64,000 nt of DNA from NCBI GenBank assembly GCA_963836205.1, contig CAWIIV010000012.1, positions 32,001 to 96,000 of the forward strand. Direction: 5' to 3'. This document shows, one piece after another, positions 52,339 through 63,303 of the stretch (positions are counted from its first letter, which is position 1; the number at the start of each line of letters is the position of its first letter). The notes below the pieces were generated by a model, which was given only the letters and a program-made list of their open reading frames with translations, searched no databases and was not told the origin of the DNA. The position numbers were made by a program, and so were the translations under genes. The DNA is from an uncultured Acidimicrobiia bacterium (GTDB lineage Bacteria > Actinomycetota > Acidimicrobiia > Acidimicrobiales > AC-14).

Positions 52339-52593
52339 TCAGGGGTAGAGGTGGCGGAGCTCGCCCGGCTTCACCCGAGCCCGCTCGATGTACGCCTCGA
52401 CCTCCGATCGTCGGAGCCGGATCACTCGTCGATGCCTGATCCGGTGCGCCTCCGCCGGCAGCTCGTAGCGGTCAATCATGTTGAGGATGGTGCGCACCTG
52501 GACGCCGAGCATCCTCGCCGCCATGGGAGTGGTGATCCAGCCGTCGTCGTTGGCGGGCGCCGAGCCCGACTCAGGCATTCTCGACTCAGGCAT
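52339..52593 (-). CDS. Excisionase-like (HTH_17) DNA-binding protein
   Basis: WITTPMAARMLGVQVRTILNMIDRYELPA...VIRLRRSEVEAYIE. Confidence 0.8.
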   Translation of the reverse strand: MPESRMPESGSAPANDDGWITTPMAARMLGVQVRTILNMIDRYELPAEAHRIRHRRVIRLRRSEVEAYIERARVKPGELRHLYP

Positions 52594-52869
52594 CCTCGAG
52601 TCCTTCCGCCAAGGCGATCAGCCGCGATCGAATCGCAGTCCGCCGTGCCGTCGCCTCGTCCTGGACTCGATCAGATCCACCATGAGGTCCAGAAAGGCGG
52701 TGGCGAGCTGTGCGGCCTGGCTGTCGGGTTCGTCGACCACCGCAAAATGTTATGGTCGTCTGGCCTTTGCGTGCAGCTCGTGGCCGCCCTTTTATCACTT
52801 TGCCGGGCGGGCGGCGACTAGCCTGCGGGTCATGCTCCGAGCTAATCAGCGACGCTACGTCATCGTGGA

Positions 52870-53622
52870 TTGCCTGGGCGCCCCGTTAGGCTGGCAGGGG
52901 CCGAGAATCGCCAAGGCAAACATGCGTACGTCGTGACAGCTCGTTTGAGCGCATGGGTAACGAAAGCGGCTCGGGAGCTGGTACGTCGAATCAAAAGCCG
53001 CTTTCGTCCACTCTGGGCCAAATTAGCAGCCTTGCTCGCCATCCTAGGAAGCATAACAAGCATATGGGCATTCATAGTTAGTTGGAGTAACCAGACAAAC
53101 CAGGTCCCTTCACCCCAGGAAGTCGCCCAGGCGATCGCCGAAGGAAATAGTTCGCCGTCATTCTTCGATGCTGACGGTGTTCGAATGTCTGTCAGGGCTG
53201 GTGCTCGGCTGGCTGGGAAGGACGTTCCGGTAGCGAGCACACTGACCGTGCGTCCTGGGGACCGTGTCACGATCGTCATTTCTGTTGAAAACCGAGATAA
53301 CGTCGCCAGCGGACCGGTAGCTGTATTGATTAAACTACCCGAGGGCGGACTCTCAGTAGTTCCTGACACAACGAAGAAGTATTTTGGCTCGTACGATGGC
53401 GAGGTGAGCACTCGCGATGTCGACGGTGTAGGACCAACTCTGATTGGACTTGGGTCTTATGGCGCGGGAGCCAGCGGGTTCTTAACATTTGATACGTTGC
53501 TTGAACCAAACTTTGTCTGTGGGCGAGCGTCTCTAGTAGCGGCCATCTTTGGGCGTTCGGCACTTCCTGCCGCTCAAGACGCGCGCAGCGAGGTAATACT
53601 GATCGTAGAGAACCTATGCTGA
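52870..53622 (+). CDS. Lower-GC membrane-anchored hypothetical protein (DUF11-like Ig domain); start uncertain
   Basis: TM, then VRPGDRVTIVISVEN...LSVVPDT. Confidence 0.5.
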   Translation: MPGRPVRLAGAENRQGKHAYVVTARLSAWVTKAARELVRRIKSRFRPLWAKLAALLAILGSITSIWAFIVSWSNQTNQVPSPQEVAQAIAEGNSSPSFFDADGVRMSVRAGARLAGKDVPVASTLTVRPGDRVTIVISVENRDNVASGPVAVLIKLPEGGLSVVPDTTKKYFGSYDGEVSTRDVDGVGPTLIGLGSYGAGASGFLTFDTLLEPNFVCGRASLVAAIFGRSALPAAQDARSEVILIVENLC

Positions 53623-53697
53623 CCAGGTAGTGGCCTATCAGGTCAAATAGCAAGGCTATGGTGACTACGCCAAGTGGAACAAGGAGTCCCATGTACA

Positions 53698-55374
53698 TCA
53701 GTGGACCGCTGGCGCCGACAACGACGTCTCGGCCCGCTTGCGAAGCTCGCCGTCCTCATACCAAGGGCGCAGTCGCAGCCGGGCCGGCGGAAGGTGTCCG
53801 TAGATCAGCACGCCCTCGCCCGGGACGACGCGGCGCAGGGCGTCGACGGGGGCGAGGCGGCGGTAGGTGGTCGACTCGGTGTTGGAACGCAGCCCACTCG
53901 CGTCGCGGGTAGTCGAGTCGCGGGCGACCTCCTCGTCCCCGCTCAGCCGGCTGACGTAGTCGAGGGCGCCGGGGTCGGAGATGCCCGACAGCAGCGCCTT
54001 GGCCCGGTGGTTGTTGATGATGGTCGGGGCCCGCTTGCCGTAACGGGCCTCGATCTGGGCCAGGTCCTGCCACACCGTGACCAGCTGCACGCCGAGGCCG
54101 GCAGCGGTCGACGCCAGCGTGTCGAGGTTGCGCAGGGGGGCGATGTTGGCCGCCTCGTCGAGAACGACGAGCAGGGGTGGATCGATCGGTCGCCCAGCCG
54201 CCGCCCGCCGGCCGACCGCGGCCAGGACCTGGTGGACGAGGGCGCCGAAGAGGGGCCGGAGCTGATCCTGATCGTCGCCCGGGGCCGAGATGTACAGGGT
54301 GTGGCTGCCCCCGTCGAGGAGGAGATCGGGGTGGATGTCGGAGCGCTCGGCGGAGGCGGCCACCGCCGGATCGGCGTAGGCCTCGAGGAGGATCTCGGCA
54401 GTGGTAAAGATCGAGGAACGCTGGCGCTCCTCCCGGCGCCAGTTGGCGTGGGCGGCACGCAGCGCGGCCCGGGGCGCCATCGAGCCCAGGATGTCGGCCA
54501 CCTCGTCGACCTCCTGGGTGTCGATCCACTCCACCACCCGGGCCATGTCCTCGGCGCCCAGCTTGGCCGCCAGCAGGTACGGCGCCAGCAGCTTCTTGGC
54601 TGCCTTGTGCCAGAAGTCGGCGTCCTCGACCCCGCCTGGGGTCTCGGCCGCGCTGACCAGCCACGCCGCCACCCGCCGGGCGCTGGCCCAGTCCTCGACG
54701 CCGCTCAGCGGCGTCCACCCCGCCGCCGACCGCCCGGTTGCCTCGGTCGGGTCGTAGAGCCACACGTCGCCCTGGGTGGCCCGCCAGCCGAGCGTGTTCG
54801 CCACCAGGTCGTCCTTGACGCTGGTGGCCAGCACCGGCCCCTGCCATTCCAGGATGGCGGGCACCGCGAAGCCGGTGGTCTTGTTGGTCTGGGTCGGGCC
54901 CAGGACGCACACGGAGTGGCGCGACTCGGTGGCCACCAGGTGGCGGCCCGAATAGCCGAGGATCAGCCGGCCCTTCTCCGGTTGGCCGACGACGAGGGCC
55001 CGCAGATCCCGACCCTCCGCCCAGCTCGCCCCCTCCCGCCGTCGGTCCCGGGTGAAGAGCCGCCGCACACCGAGGGCCAACGCCACGGCCGCCGCCAGGA
55101 GCACTGCGAGGGTCGGATAGAAGGCCCACGGCCCAGGAATGAGATTCTGATCGGGCGCCGGCCACGCCAGTGCGGGCTGGCCCGCGTCGCGGACCAGGCC
55201 GGCCAGGATCGACCCGGATTCTCCCGCTCGGGCCTGGGGCCAGGCCCCGCCCCACAGTCGGCCGGCCACCATCCCCGCTCCCCACACCAGCGTGCCGAAC
55301 CCGAACAGGCCGAAGAGCACCGCCAAGATCGCCCCGTCGTTGGACCTGGTCGGCGATGCCGACGGGGCGCTCAT
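53698..55374 (-). CDS. virD4: VirD4/TraG type IV coupling protein
   Basis: VLGPTQTNKTT, VLATSVKDDL, LVVLDEAANIAPL, VWQDLAQIEARYG. Confidence 0.92.
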   Translation of the reverse strand: MSAPSASPTRSNDGAILAVLFGLFGFGTLVWGAGMVAGRLWGGAWPQARAGESGSILAGLVRDAGQPALAWPAPDQNLIPGPWAFYPTLAVLLAAAVALALGVRRLFTRDRRREGASWAEGRDLRALVVGQPEKGRLILGYSGRHLVATESRHSVCVLGPTQTNKTTGFAVPAILEWQGPVLATSVKDDLVANTLGWRATQGDVWLYDPTEATGRSAAGWTPLSGVEDWASARRVAAWLVSAAETPGGVEDADFWHKAAKKLLAPYLLAAKLGAEDMARVVEWIDTQEVDEVADILGSMAPRAALRAAHANWRREERQRSSIFTTAEILLEAYADPAVAASAERSDIHPDLLLDGGSHTLYISAPGDDQDQLRPLFGALVHQVLAAVGRRAAAGRPIDPPLLVVLDEAANIAPLRNLDTLASTAAGLGVQLVTVWQDLAQIEARYGKRAPTIINNHRAKALLSGISDPGALDYVSRLSGDEEVARDSTTRDASGLRSNTESTTYRRLAPVDALRRVVPGEGVLIYGHLPPARLRLRPWYEDGELRKRAETSLSAPAVH

Positions 55375-56645
55375 GCCGCCTCCCGTCGCATTCGCTCGTC
55401 GGTGTCGATGATGTCCCACTCGTCGTCGCCGACGACGTGGTCCACCACGTGCTTGTGGTGGGCGCCGACCTTCCACAGCCCGGCCGACGGCTCCAGGTCG
55501 GGGAGAAGCTGGGCCTCGCGCTGGGACAGGCCGAGGAGCTGCTCGGCGTTCTCCATCTCGTCGCTCGGCTGGCCGTAGATGACTCTGGTCTCGGTGTCGG
55601 CCAGCAGGCCCCGGGCCAGGCGCATCTGGCGCGACCCGTCGTCGCCCGCCGCTAGCAGGTCCGACAGCCGATGGATGACCACCACCAGCTGCACCCCCCA
55701 CAGGCGGGCCAGCTTGGCCAATGCCTGCAGCCAGCGGGCCACGCCCGGGTTGGCCAGCACCGCCCACGCCTCGTCGACGACGACGATGCGCTTGCCCGCG
55801 TCGGGCCGGGCGATGGCCGACTGCAGCCACGACGAGGCGCACGTCATGAGCAGCCCCAGGGCCTCGGAGTTGAAGACCTCCGACAGGTCCAGGACAACGG
55901 CGCCGTTCCAGTCGACGTCGATGTTGGTGGGCCCGTCGAACATGCCCTGCAGGTCGCCCTCGCACAGCCGGCGCAGCTCGAGAGCGACCTCCCGGCTGGC
56001 ACCGGCCAGGCGGTCGGCGGTGGTGTGCACGGAGCTGGCCATGGCCGACGACGGTGACAGGAGGGCGTCGACGACCTCGACCATGGTCGCCACCGAGTTG
56101 CTGCGCTGGTTGACCGCCTTGATGGCCAGGTCGCAGGCCGTGCGCTCCTCCGAGTTGAGCGTCCGGATCAGGCAGGCGCTGGCCAGGGACTGCAGCAGCA
56201 CCAGCTGGCGGCGCCGGACCTCACGGTCGCCCAGGTCGGCGGCCGCGGGGCCGGGGTCGAGGGGGTTGAGCCGGACGCCGCGCCCGGGGGCGATGCGGAT
56301 GGGCTCGACCCCGAGCGAGACCGCCAGCGGGCCGTACTCACCCTTGGGGTCGAGGATGGCCACCTTGCGCCCGAAGACCTCCTGGCGCTTCAGGTAGGTC
56401 TTGACCAGGCTGGACTTGCGCCGGCCGAGCATCCCCGCCACCAGCATGTTCGGTCCGGTGAGGACGCCGGCGTAGCCCCGGCGGCGATCGGGATACAGCT
56501 CCCACGGGTCGTAGCAGAACGACCCGCCCAAGCGGTCCCGGCCGATGTAGACACCGTCGCCCCCGAGGCTTCCGGCGCTCAGGAACGGGTACGCGGCCCG
56601 CAGGTTGGCGGTCGAGCAGCGGTGGGCGGACAGGCGCAGACTCAT
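55371..56645 (-). CDS. virB4: VirB4-like conjugation ATPase
   Basis: GPNMLVAGMLGRRKSS, ILDPKGEY, IVVVDEAW, HRLSDL. Confidence 0.88.
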   Translation of the reverse strand: MSLRLSAHRCSTANLRAAYPFLSAGSLGGDGVYIGRDRLGGSFCYDPWELYPDRRRGYAGVLTGPNMLVAGMLGRRKSSLVKTYLKRQEVFGRKVAILDPKGEYGPLAVSLGVEPIRIAPGRGVRLNPLDPGPAAADLGDREVRRRQLVLLQSLASACLIRTLNSEERTACDLAIKAVNQRSNSVATMVEVVDALLSPSSAMASSVHTTADRLAGASREVALELRRLCEGDLQGMFDGPTNIDVDWNGAVVLDLSEVFNSEALGLLMTCASSWLQSAIARPDAGKRIVVVDEAWAVLANPGVARWLQALAKLARLWGVQLVVVIHRLSDLLAAGDDGSRQMRLARGLLADTETRVIYGQPSDEMENAEQLLGLSQREAQLLPDLEPSAGLWKVGAHHKHVVDHVVGDDEWDIIDTDERMRREAA

Positions 56646-56812
56646 GGGGCTTGCCTCCGGCGTTGTTGGGTGACGATGTTGTGGACGATGGCGAACGGGC
56701 ACTCCTCCGCCCAGCGCAACAGGTCCTCCAGTCGCGACCGCGACCGCTGCGGGTCGGCCTCCGGCGCAGGTGCGGGCTCATCGGCTGGCCCGGGCCCGGT
56801 CCGATCGGTCAT
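56642..56812 (-). CDS. Small hypothetical protein
   Basis: ATGA overlaps with both neighbours. Confidence 0.45.
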   Translation of the reverse strand: MTDRTGPGPADEPAPAPEADPQRSRSRLEDLLRWAEECPFAIVHNIVTQQRRRQAP

Positions 56813-58254
56813 CGCAGGCCCCGGGCCAGGGGAAGGGCGCAGGCGAAGCCCAGGTCCTGCTGGCCGTAGAGGCGCCAGAGGCGCAACTGGCAACGATTGG
56901 CCAGGCGGATGGCATGGGTGGCCGTCGACTCCAACGTGTCGACATCGGGGGCGCTGACGGTCACGTAGGCGCTGAAGCGGAACTCACCGTGCCCGGCGGC
57001 CAGATCGGCCTCCCGCTGGGCCAGGGCCACGCCTTGGGCGTCGCGAAAGGCCGTCGGCACGTAGCCCTTGTTGTCCCGGATGCGCTGGTCGGCCAGGAAG
57101 GCGGTTCGGGCGTCGAGGACGTCGCGGGCGGCCTGGGCGGGTGGCACCGGCTCCATGACGATGCTGAGCGTCCGCGTGCCCCGGCTGTGCAGGAACATCG
57201 GCCCCAGGAAGTCGGCTCCCACCGGGATCCGGGGCCACTCCGCCACCCAGAAGGAGGCGTGGCACAGCCCGTCGGTCTCGTAGTGCGACCACGTCGTGCG
57301 GGCCTGGGCCGGCCAGGCATCGGCCAGGCAGGGTGGACGGCTCTCATCCAGGGCCCACGCGCCCGGTCGCAGGGCCACCTCGGGGTCGAAGCCGACCCGG
57401 AAGCAGCGCACGAGCTCCTCCGGACCCAGCACCCGGTCGATGCCGACCTCGGCATGGCGGGCCCGCTCGCGCAGGCTGAGCAGCTCCTGGGCCAGCATCT
57501 CGCACGCTCCGAGGTCGCCCCCGCCGGCACGGCGAACGGCGGGGGAGACCTGTGACACCGCGACCACCGCGAAGGCCTCGTGGCGCTGGCTGAGGGGCTG
57601 GGCGGTGTCGAGGAGGCGGGCGTAGGAGGCCCGCGACGCGGCAGTCCGCGGGCAGGGTTGCCGCCCGCTCCAGGTACCTGGCCATGGCGTCGCCGTCTTC
57701 GGGCAGGGTGCGCTCGAGCAACTGGAGGCGGTGGATGGACTCGTCGTCGACGCACCAGCCGTTGAGCACGTCGCCCCAGGCCCGCAGCAGCCGGTCCTGC
57801 TCGGTCCGGTCCACCAGGAGGAAGGAGCTGCCCCCGCAGCTCATCACTCCCAGATAGGTGCCGTGGATCTGATCGAAGACCACACCCACCTCGCCCTGGG
57901 CCAGGCGCACGGCGAAGAACTTCAGGTGCTCGAAGCCGGGCGGGTTGGCGCCGTCGCCGTCGCTGACCCAGTGCCGGGCCCGGCGGCCCCGGCGGCCGAG
58001 CCAGTACCGCACCGGGAACGAACCACTCCTCGACGAGGCGGCCGCCGATGCGCACGAAGCCGACGGCGAAGCCCGCCGCCAGCAGCGCCACGCCCCCCAC
58101 CATGCCGATGGTGATCGGCATCGTTCGGGTCAGCCCCACCGCCACGGTGCCGCACAGTCCCGAGCGCGGCCACCTGGAACCACGACATCCCCCCGACGGC
58201 CGAGGACTTCTGGAGGGGGCCGAAGTGGTAGGTCTGAACCCTGGCCTCAGCCAC
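56809..58254 (-). CDS. SCO6880-like conjugation membrane protein (several frameshifts)
   Basis: TYHFGPL..S...G, GSSFLLVD..EQDR....WG.VL, HRLQLLERT, HASFWVAEWPR, GQQD.GF..ALPLARG. Confidence 0.75.
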
Positions 58255-59631
58255 CAGCGCCGCCCCCCGGGGATGGCGGCGGGCTGGCCGGAGTCGGAGA
58301 CGGCGCCGTCTGGGCGGTGGCCTCGGTGGCCTGGCTGGCGGCCCGCGCGCCGGCGCCCGCGACCGCCATGGGCACGGTGGCCGCCGCCGCCGCCGCTCCG
58401 CCCGCGCCGGCACCGGACGCTGCCGCCGCTCCGCCGCCGCCTCCCGCCGCGCCACCCGCCATGGCCGAGATCCCGCCGCCCCCGCCGGCGTCGGCCATCG
58501 GGGCGCCGCCCGCCCCCGTCGGCGCCGCCCCTCCACCACCGCCGCTCCCGTTGCCACCGAGCAGCGCCTGGCCCCAGTACAGCGTCGACATCGTGGAGGA
58601 TCCCGCCTGCAGCGGACGTCGGGTCAGTCCCTCGGCCACGGCCAGGGTGCCGAGAGGGATGATGCTGAGCAGCACGTAGGGGGTGAACACGGCCACGGCC
58701 AGGATCCCGGCGCCGAGGATGAGGGCGGCCGGGTTGTCGCCGCCCTCGGCCACTGCGCTTGCGCCCACCGCCACCACCGCGGTGATCACGAACTTGGCCA
58801 GGATGATGGCCAGCAGCCCCTCGGCCAGCTTGCGCAGCCAGTGCGCAGTGGACTCCCACACCATCCCGGCGAAGCCCACCGGCAGGAACAGGGTGCCCAC
58901 CAGCACCGCCGCCTGGCGGACCACCAGTTCGATCCACAGCAGCAGGGCGCAGACGGCGATGACCAGGGCCACGATGAACAGGGCGAAGCCGACGAGCCCG
59001 CCGTTGCCGGTCAGCACCCCCGCCTCGAGCAGGTGGACGATGCCGGTGGCGAACTTCTCGCCGCTGCCGCCGATGGTGCCGCCCGACGAACCCCGACAGG
59101 TGGTCGGTGATCTCGACGAGCAGGCTGATGACGTAGGTGGCGAGCACCATGCCCACCGCCGCCGCCGGCAGCTTGATGGTGACGATCTTGACCACCCCCG
59201 CGGCGTCGTGGCGCAGCAGCGACCACAGGGCGGCGAGCAGGACGAGGGGCAGCAGGAAGGCCCCTCCCACCTGCAGCATGAGTTGGTAATTGGGCTCGAA
59301 CCAGCTGGCGTTGACGTCGGGCCTGGTCGAGCTGTCGATCGACTGCCCGACGAAGCCGACCACGCTCTTGGCCCCGGCCACCACCCACTCCGTGAGCTGG
59401 CCGAGCACGCCGCCGGCCACCCCCTCGACGCCGTCGGCCAGCAGGTTCGGCACCGCGGTGGCGACGGAGCACACCTGGTGGACGATGGGCGTCTCGGGAC
59501 AGGTCAGCAGCGGACCGTCGGGGTCGGTCTGCGCCTGGGCCGGCGCGGGCCACCACGACCGCGGCGGCCAACAGGATCAGGAGGAGCCCGATGGCTGCGG
59601 CGCGACAGCGCCGGTGCTCAGGCCGGGCCAT
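58247..59631 (-). CDS. VirB6/TrbL-like polytopic conjugation protein (frameshifts)
   Basis: Multiple TM helices; LLWIELVVRQAAV; Gly/Ala-rich tail. Confidence 0.75.
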
Positions 59632-60368
59632 AGCGATAGCTCGAGAATCCGGCCAGGGCCGCGATCGAGCTCCTCCGTGCCGGCCACCGGGCCCGACGTC
59701 GTCGCCGGCGTGGGACCGTCCGCCGAGCTCAGCGACCACAGGCGCCAGTCCCCGTCCACCCACTCGAGCTCCAGTGCCGTCGTCGTCCACGCCTCGCTGG
59801 GGCCACCGACGCCGGCGATCGACCACACGGCCGCCGCCCAAACACTGACCCGAGCCCGCTGCGGGGTGAAGGCGTCCACCCGGTAGGCGACGGGCAGGTT
59901 GCGCAGCACGGCCCGGGGTGCGCCCGACGACGACGCCGCGGTGCGGATGCGTTCCAGCAGTGCCGGATTGCCCACCACCGACGCCACCGTGCCCGCGCTG
60001 GCGTCCGGCACCAGCATTCGCCGCACCGCCATGTCGCGGGCCACCGGGTCCATCAGCAGCAGTCCCTCCGATGCCACCGTCAGATAGGCGGTGGCCGCCG
60101 CCGCCGCGCCCTGTTCGCTGTGGCCATAGCCGACGGGCACGCCCGCCTCGACCGATCGGGGGCCAGCATCGTCGGTCGCGCCGGGAGGAGCACCCACCGG
60201 GGTCGAGGAGGTCTGCCCCGGTCTGAGCTGGAGGGCGACGAGCACGCCGCCGAGGAAGGACACCAGAGCGACCACCGCTAGCCGCCTCCAGTCCCGGCCC
60301 GAACCCGATTGCGGCCGGCCGGCCCGTGCCGGCGCCGGGCGGGGACGGGCGAGCGACGGTGACCTCAC
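59577..60368 (-). CDS. Conjugation-associated single-TM protein (VirB8-like position)
   Basis: AGVPVGYGHSEQGAAAAATAY...WTTTALELEWVDGDWRL. Confidence 0.7.
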   Translation of the reverse strand: MRSPSLARPRPAPARAGRPQSGSGRDWRRLAVVALVSFLGGVLVALQLRPGQTSSTPVGAPPGATDDAGPRSVEAGVPVGYGHSEQGAAAAATAYLTVASEGLLLMDPVARDMAVRRMLVPDASAGTVASVVGNPALLERIRTAASSSGAPRAVLRNLPVAYRVDAFTPQRARVSVWAAAVWSIAGVGGPSEAWTTTALELEWVDGDWRLWSLSSADGPTPATTSGPVAGTEELDRGPGRILELSLWPGLSTGAVAPQPSGSS

Positions 60369-60787
60369 TGGACCTGGCCCCCGAGGCCGACGGCGAATTT
60401 GACCAGACCGGCGGCGGCGGCGACCACCCCGGCGACAAGCGCGGCCCGGGCGACGCCTTCCTTGCCGTCCTGCACCTTGGCCATGTTGTGCTGCTGGGAG
60501 CCCCAACCCCACCGGCCGCCGTGGAAGGCCATCGCCCCCACGCAGCCGATGAGGATCATGCCCGCGCCCCAGTTCACGAGCTGCTGGAGCTGGGGACCGC
60601 CCGGTCCCTGGCCGGCGTCGGGGGAGTACTGGGCCCATGCCGCCGAGGCGTCGAGCACCAGGGAGCTCAGCCCCAGCCCGACGGCGCCGGCGGCCCGTCG
60701 CAGCCGAGCCGTCAACCGGCCGATCAAACCAGCGAATCGCCCGCCCCGGCTGCCGCCGTGGCCAGTCTCATCTACGAACCCGAACAC
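60365..60787 (-). CDS. VirB2/TrbC-like pilin-type small membrane protein (start uncertain)
   Basis: First gene of the T4SS operon; PPG-like linker and two TM helices. Confidence 0.6.
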   Translation of the reverse strand: MFGFVDETGHGGSRGGRFAGLIGRLTARLRRAAGAVGLGLSSLVLDASAAWAQYSPDAGQGPGGPQLQQLVNWGAGMILIGCVGAMAFHGGRWGWGSQQHNMAKVQDGKEGVARAALVAGVVAAAAGLVKFAVGLGGQVQ

Positions 60788-61022
60788 CTGTCCTCCCCTC
60801 CTGGGGCAGCAGCCCCAGCGTGTTGTCCACTAGCGGCGCCGCTGAACATCAGTTACGCTAAACAACCATAACAAACCGTAACTTTCTGTCAATTCTGCTG
60901 AAAAGCGCTCAGCGTGCGCTTTCAAGCGGTGCGGCGCGAGCCGACGCCGGGCATCTGGGAGGGCCAACCTGAAGCGCCTCGCCGTCGCCGGGGGCGCCAT
61001 CGCCCTGACCCTGCCGCTGGCC

Positions 61023-62144
61023 ATGGCCTTCCTCGCCCTGGCCGCAGCCCAGCAGGCCGACGCCACCTGCAGCGGCTCCATCCCCGCGTCGGCCCAGCTC
61101 GACCCCGCCGCCCGCGAGGCCATCAACGCCCTCAAGCCCATGTACGAGCAGGTCGGACGGGACACGGGTCTCGCCTGGTCGGCGCTGGCCGCCGTCGACT
61201 ATCGGGAGTCCGGCAACGATCCCGACCGCTCCGCCCTCTCCGGTGAGCCCATCGGCGCCGCCAACCCCGACAACCCCGGCGTCACCACCACCACCAAGGC
61301 CGACAGCCTGCGACTGGCGGCCGACCACCTCAAGGCCATGGCCTCCTCCGTCTACGGGATCGCCCTCACCGCCGCCAGCCCGGGCCAGGACCTGCAGCTC
61401 GGCTTCCTGGCCTACAACCGGGGCTCCATCTACCGCGACGCGGGCGTCGGGCCCGAGCGCAGTCCCTACGTGATGAACCAGTCGCCCGGCTACGCCGACA
61501 TGGCCTGGCCCGAGATCCCGGGCGAGCCCCTGGCCGGGCGCACCGAGTACGGCCGCCTCGGTGCGTGGACGGTCTTCCTGCGCCTCGGTGGCCCCGGCGG
61601 CAGCTGCGCCGGGCTCAGCAACGTCGACGTGGTGAGGGTGGCCCAGCAGGAGCTGGCCGCAGGTATCGCCGAGGACAACCCCGGCAGCGACTGCGACTGC
61701 GGCGCCCCGATGAAGTACCAGGGCAGCACCGGCCCCGAGGACTGGTGCGCCGACTTCGTGTCGTGGGTGTTCCTTACCGCCGGCCACCCCTTCGACGGCG
61801 GCGTCGATGGCGTGCCCACCATCGGCAGGGGCTGGCGCCTGCCCGGCGTAGCCCAGCTGCGGGCCTGGATGATCGGCCACGGAACCTATGAGGAGCGGGC
61901 CGGCTACGGCCTGGCCGACGCCGCTCCGGGCGACGTCGTGATCTTCGGCGGGGGGACGGGCAGCCATACCGGCATCGTCGAGCGCGTCTCGGGCCTCGAG
62001 ACGCCCGACCCCGCCGACGACTTCCTGCATACGATCGAGGGCAACAGCGGCGACCGCGTCAGTCGACGGGACTACTCGGCAGCCGACAGCTACGTGTCCG
62101 GGTGGGGCGCCGGCCCCGGCGCCGCGGCGGCGGTCGCGGTATGA
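61023..62144 (+). CDS. Bifunctional lytic-transglycosylase-like/CHAP peptidoglycan hydrolase (VirB1 role); start may be near 60914
   Basis: WSALAAVDYRES, FLAYNRG; WCADFVSWV, PGDVVIF, HTGIVE, TIEGN. Confidence 0.85.
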   Translation: MAFLALAAAQQADATCSGSIPASAQLDPAAREAINALKPMYEQVGRDTGLAWSALAAVDYRESGNDPDRSALSGEPIGAANPDNPGVTTTTKADSLRLAADHLKAMASSVYGIALTAASPGQDLQLGFLAYNRGSIYRDAGVGPERSPYVMNQSPGYADMAWPEIPGEPLAGRTEYGRLGAWTVFLRLGGPGGSCAGLSNVDVVRVAQQELAAGIAEDNPGSDCDCGAPMKYQGSTGPEDWCADFVSWVFLTAGHPFDGGVDGVPTIGRGWRLPGVAQLRAWMIGHGTYEERAGYGLADAAPGDVVIFGGGTGSHTGIVERVSGLETPDPADDFLHTIEGNSGDRVSRRDYSAADSYVSGWGAGPGAAAAVAV

Positions 62145-62614
62145 GGCGAGGTCTGCTCCGCTCCGCGCTGGCCGCCAGCGTCTTGGCCGTGCTGGCCGCG
62201 TGCGCCCCCCCGTCGAGCACCGGACCCCGCCCGGCGAGCCCGGCAACGGCGGGGGCAGAGCCCGAACCGACTGTCTCCCGAGCGCCGCCCCGGAGTAGCT
62301 CCGACACCATCTCGCCGGCCGATGTCGACCGCCAGCTCGCGGGCGTGGACGAGCTGGAGCAGACCGAACCCCTCACCCGCCGGCTGCCCCACGACAGCGA
62401 CCACTTCCGCGTCGACTACCGCCTCGACGACGAAGGCCGACTGGTGGTGGAGATCGAGCTGCGGGCCGTGCTCAACCGACCCGAGCAGCTGGCGGCCTAC
62501 GAGGACCAACTCCGGGCCTACCGGGGCGAGGCCCTCGCCTGGCTGCGCTCGGTCGGCGCCGATCCGGCCTCGCTTGACCTCCTCTACCGGCCCCCCGAGG
62601 CCGCCAGTTTGTGA
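62141..62614 (+). CDS. Lipoprotein
   Basis: Lipobox VLAAC; ATGA overlap. Confidence 0.7.
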   Translation: MRRGLLRSALAASVLAVLAACAPPSSTGPRPASPATAGAEPEPTVSRAPPRSSSDTISPADVDRQLAGVDELEQTEPLTRRLPHDSDHFRVDYRLDDEGRLVVEIELRAVLNRPEQLAAYEDQLRAYRGEALAWLRSVGADPASLDLLYRPPEAASL

Positions 62615-62657
62615 TGCCCGGTTCGATCGCTGACCTCCCGAACAGAAGGAGCGCCCC

Positions 62658-62861
62658 GTGACCACCACCGACCGCAGCGCCGCCGCTGCGCCTGCGCCTG
62701 TCGCTTTCTCCCGACCCCGACACCTGCCCGACGTCGGCGCCGTCGCCGTCGTGCACCCGAAGCTGCCGCTCGCCACCGCCCGTGCCCTGCTCGACGCCGG
62801 CGTCGCTCGGCTGGGGAGTGCCGGCGATGTCGAGATCTGGGTCCGCTACCCGGGCCGGTAG
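62658..62861 (+). CDS. Small hypothetical protein
   Basis: RBS GAAGGAG before GTG. Confidence 0.5.
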   Translation: MTTTDRSAAAAPAPVAFSRPRHLPDVGAVAVVHPKLPLATARALLDAGVARLGSAGDVEIWVRYPGR

Positions 62862-62952
62862 GGCAGGCCGGTGGACCAGTCCCGGGCCCGAGCGCCCCCG
62901 TGCATGAGCGCCCCAACCAGACACAACAGCGACCCAAAAGGAGGGCAACAGC

Positions 62953-63303
62953 ATGAACAGCATCAACCTCGTCGGCCGCCTCACCCGAGACCCCGAGCTC
63001 GACGAGACCAAGGGCGGCACGCCCGTGTGCCGCATGCGCCTGGCCGTGTCCCGGCGCAGGAAGGACGGCAAGGACCAGGGCGCCGTCTTCGTCAACGTGG
63101 TGGCCTACGGCGGCCAGGCGACGGCCTCGGCCGACTACCTGACCAAGGGCCGGCAGGTCGCCGTCAGCGGCCGCCTCGAGTTCCGGGAGTGGTCGGACGA
63201 AGGCGGCGATGCCCACTCGCTCCACGAGGTGGTGGCCGACCACGTCGGTTTCCTCGGCAGCCCGCCGGCCAATGGCGACGCGGATGCAGGGGAGCCGGCG
63301 TGA
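62953..63303 (+). CDS. ssb: Single-stranded DNA-binding protein, paralog of 14983
   Basis: MNSINLVGRLTRDPEL...; RBS AAGGAGG. Confidence 0.93.
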   Translation: MNSINLVGRLTRDPELDETKGGTPVCRMRLAVSRRRKDGKDQGAVFVNVVAYGGQATASADYLTKGRQVAVSGRLEFREWSDEGGDAHSLHEVVADHVGFLGSPPANGDADAGEPA

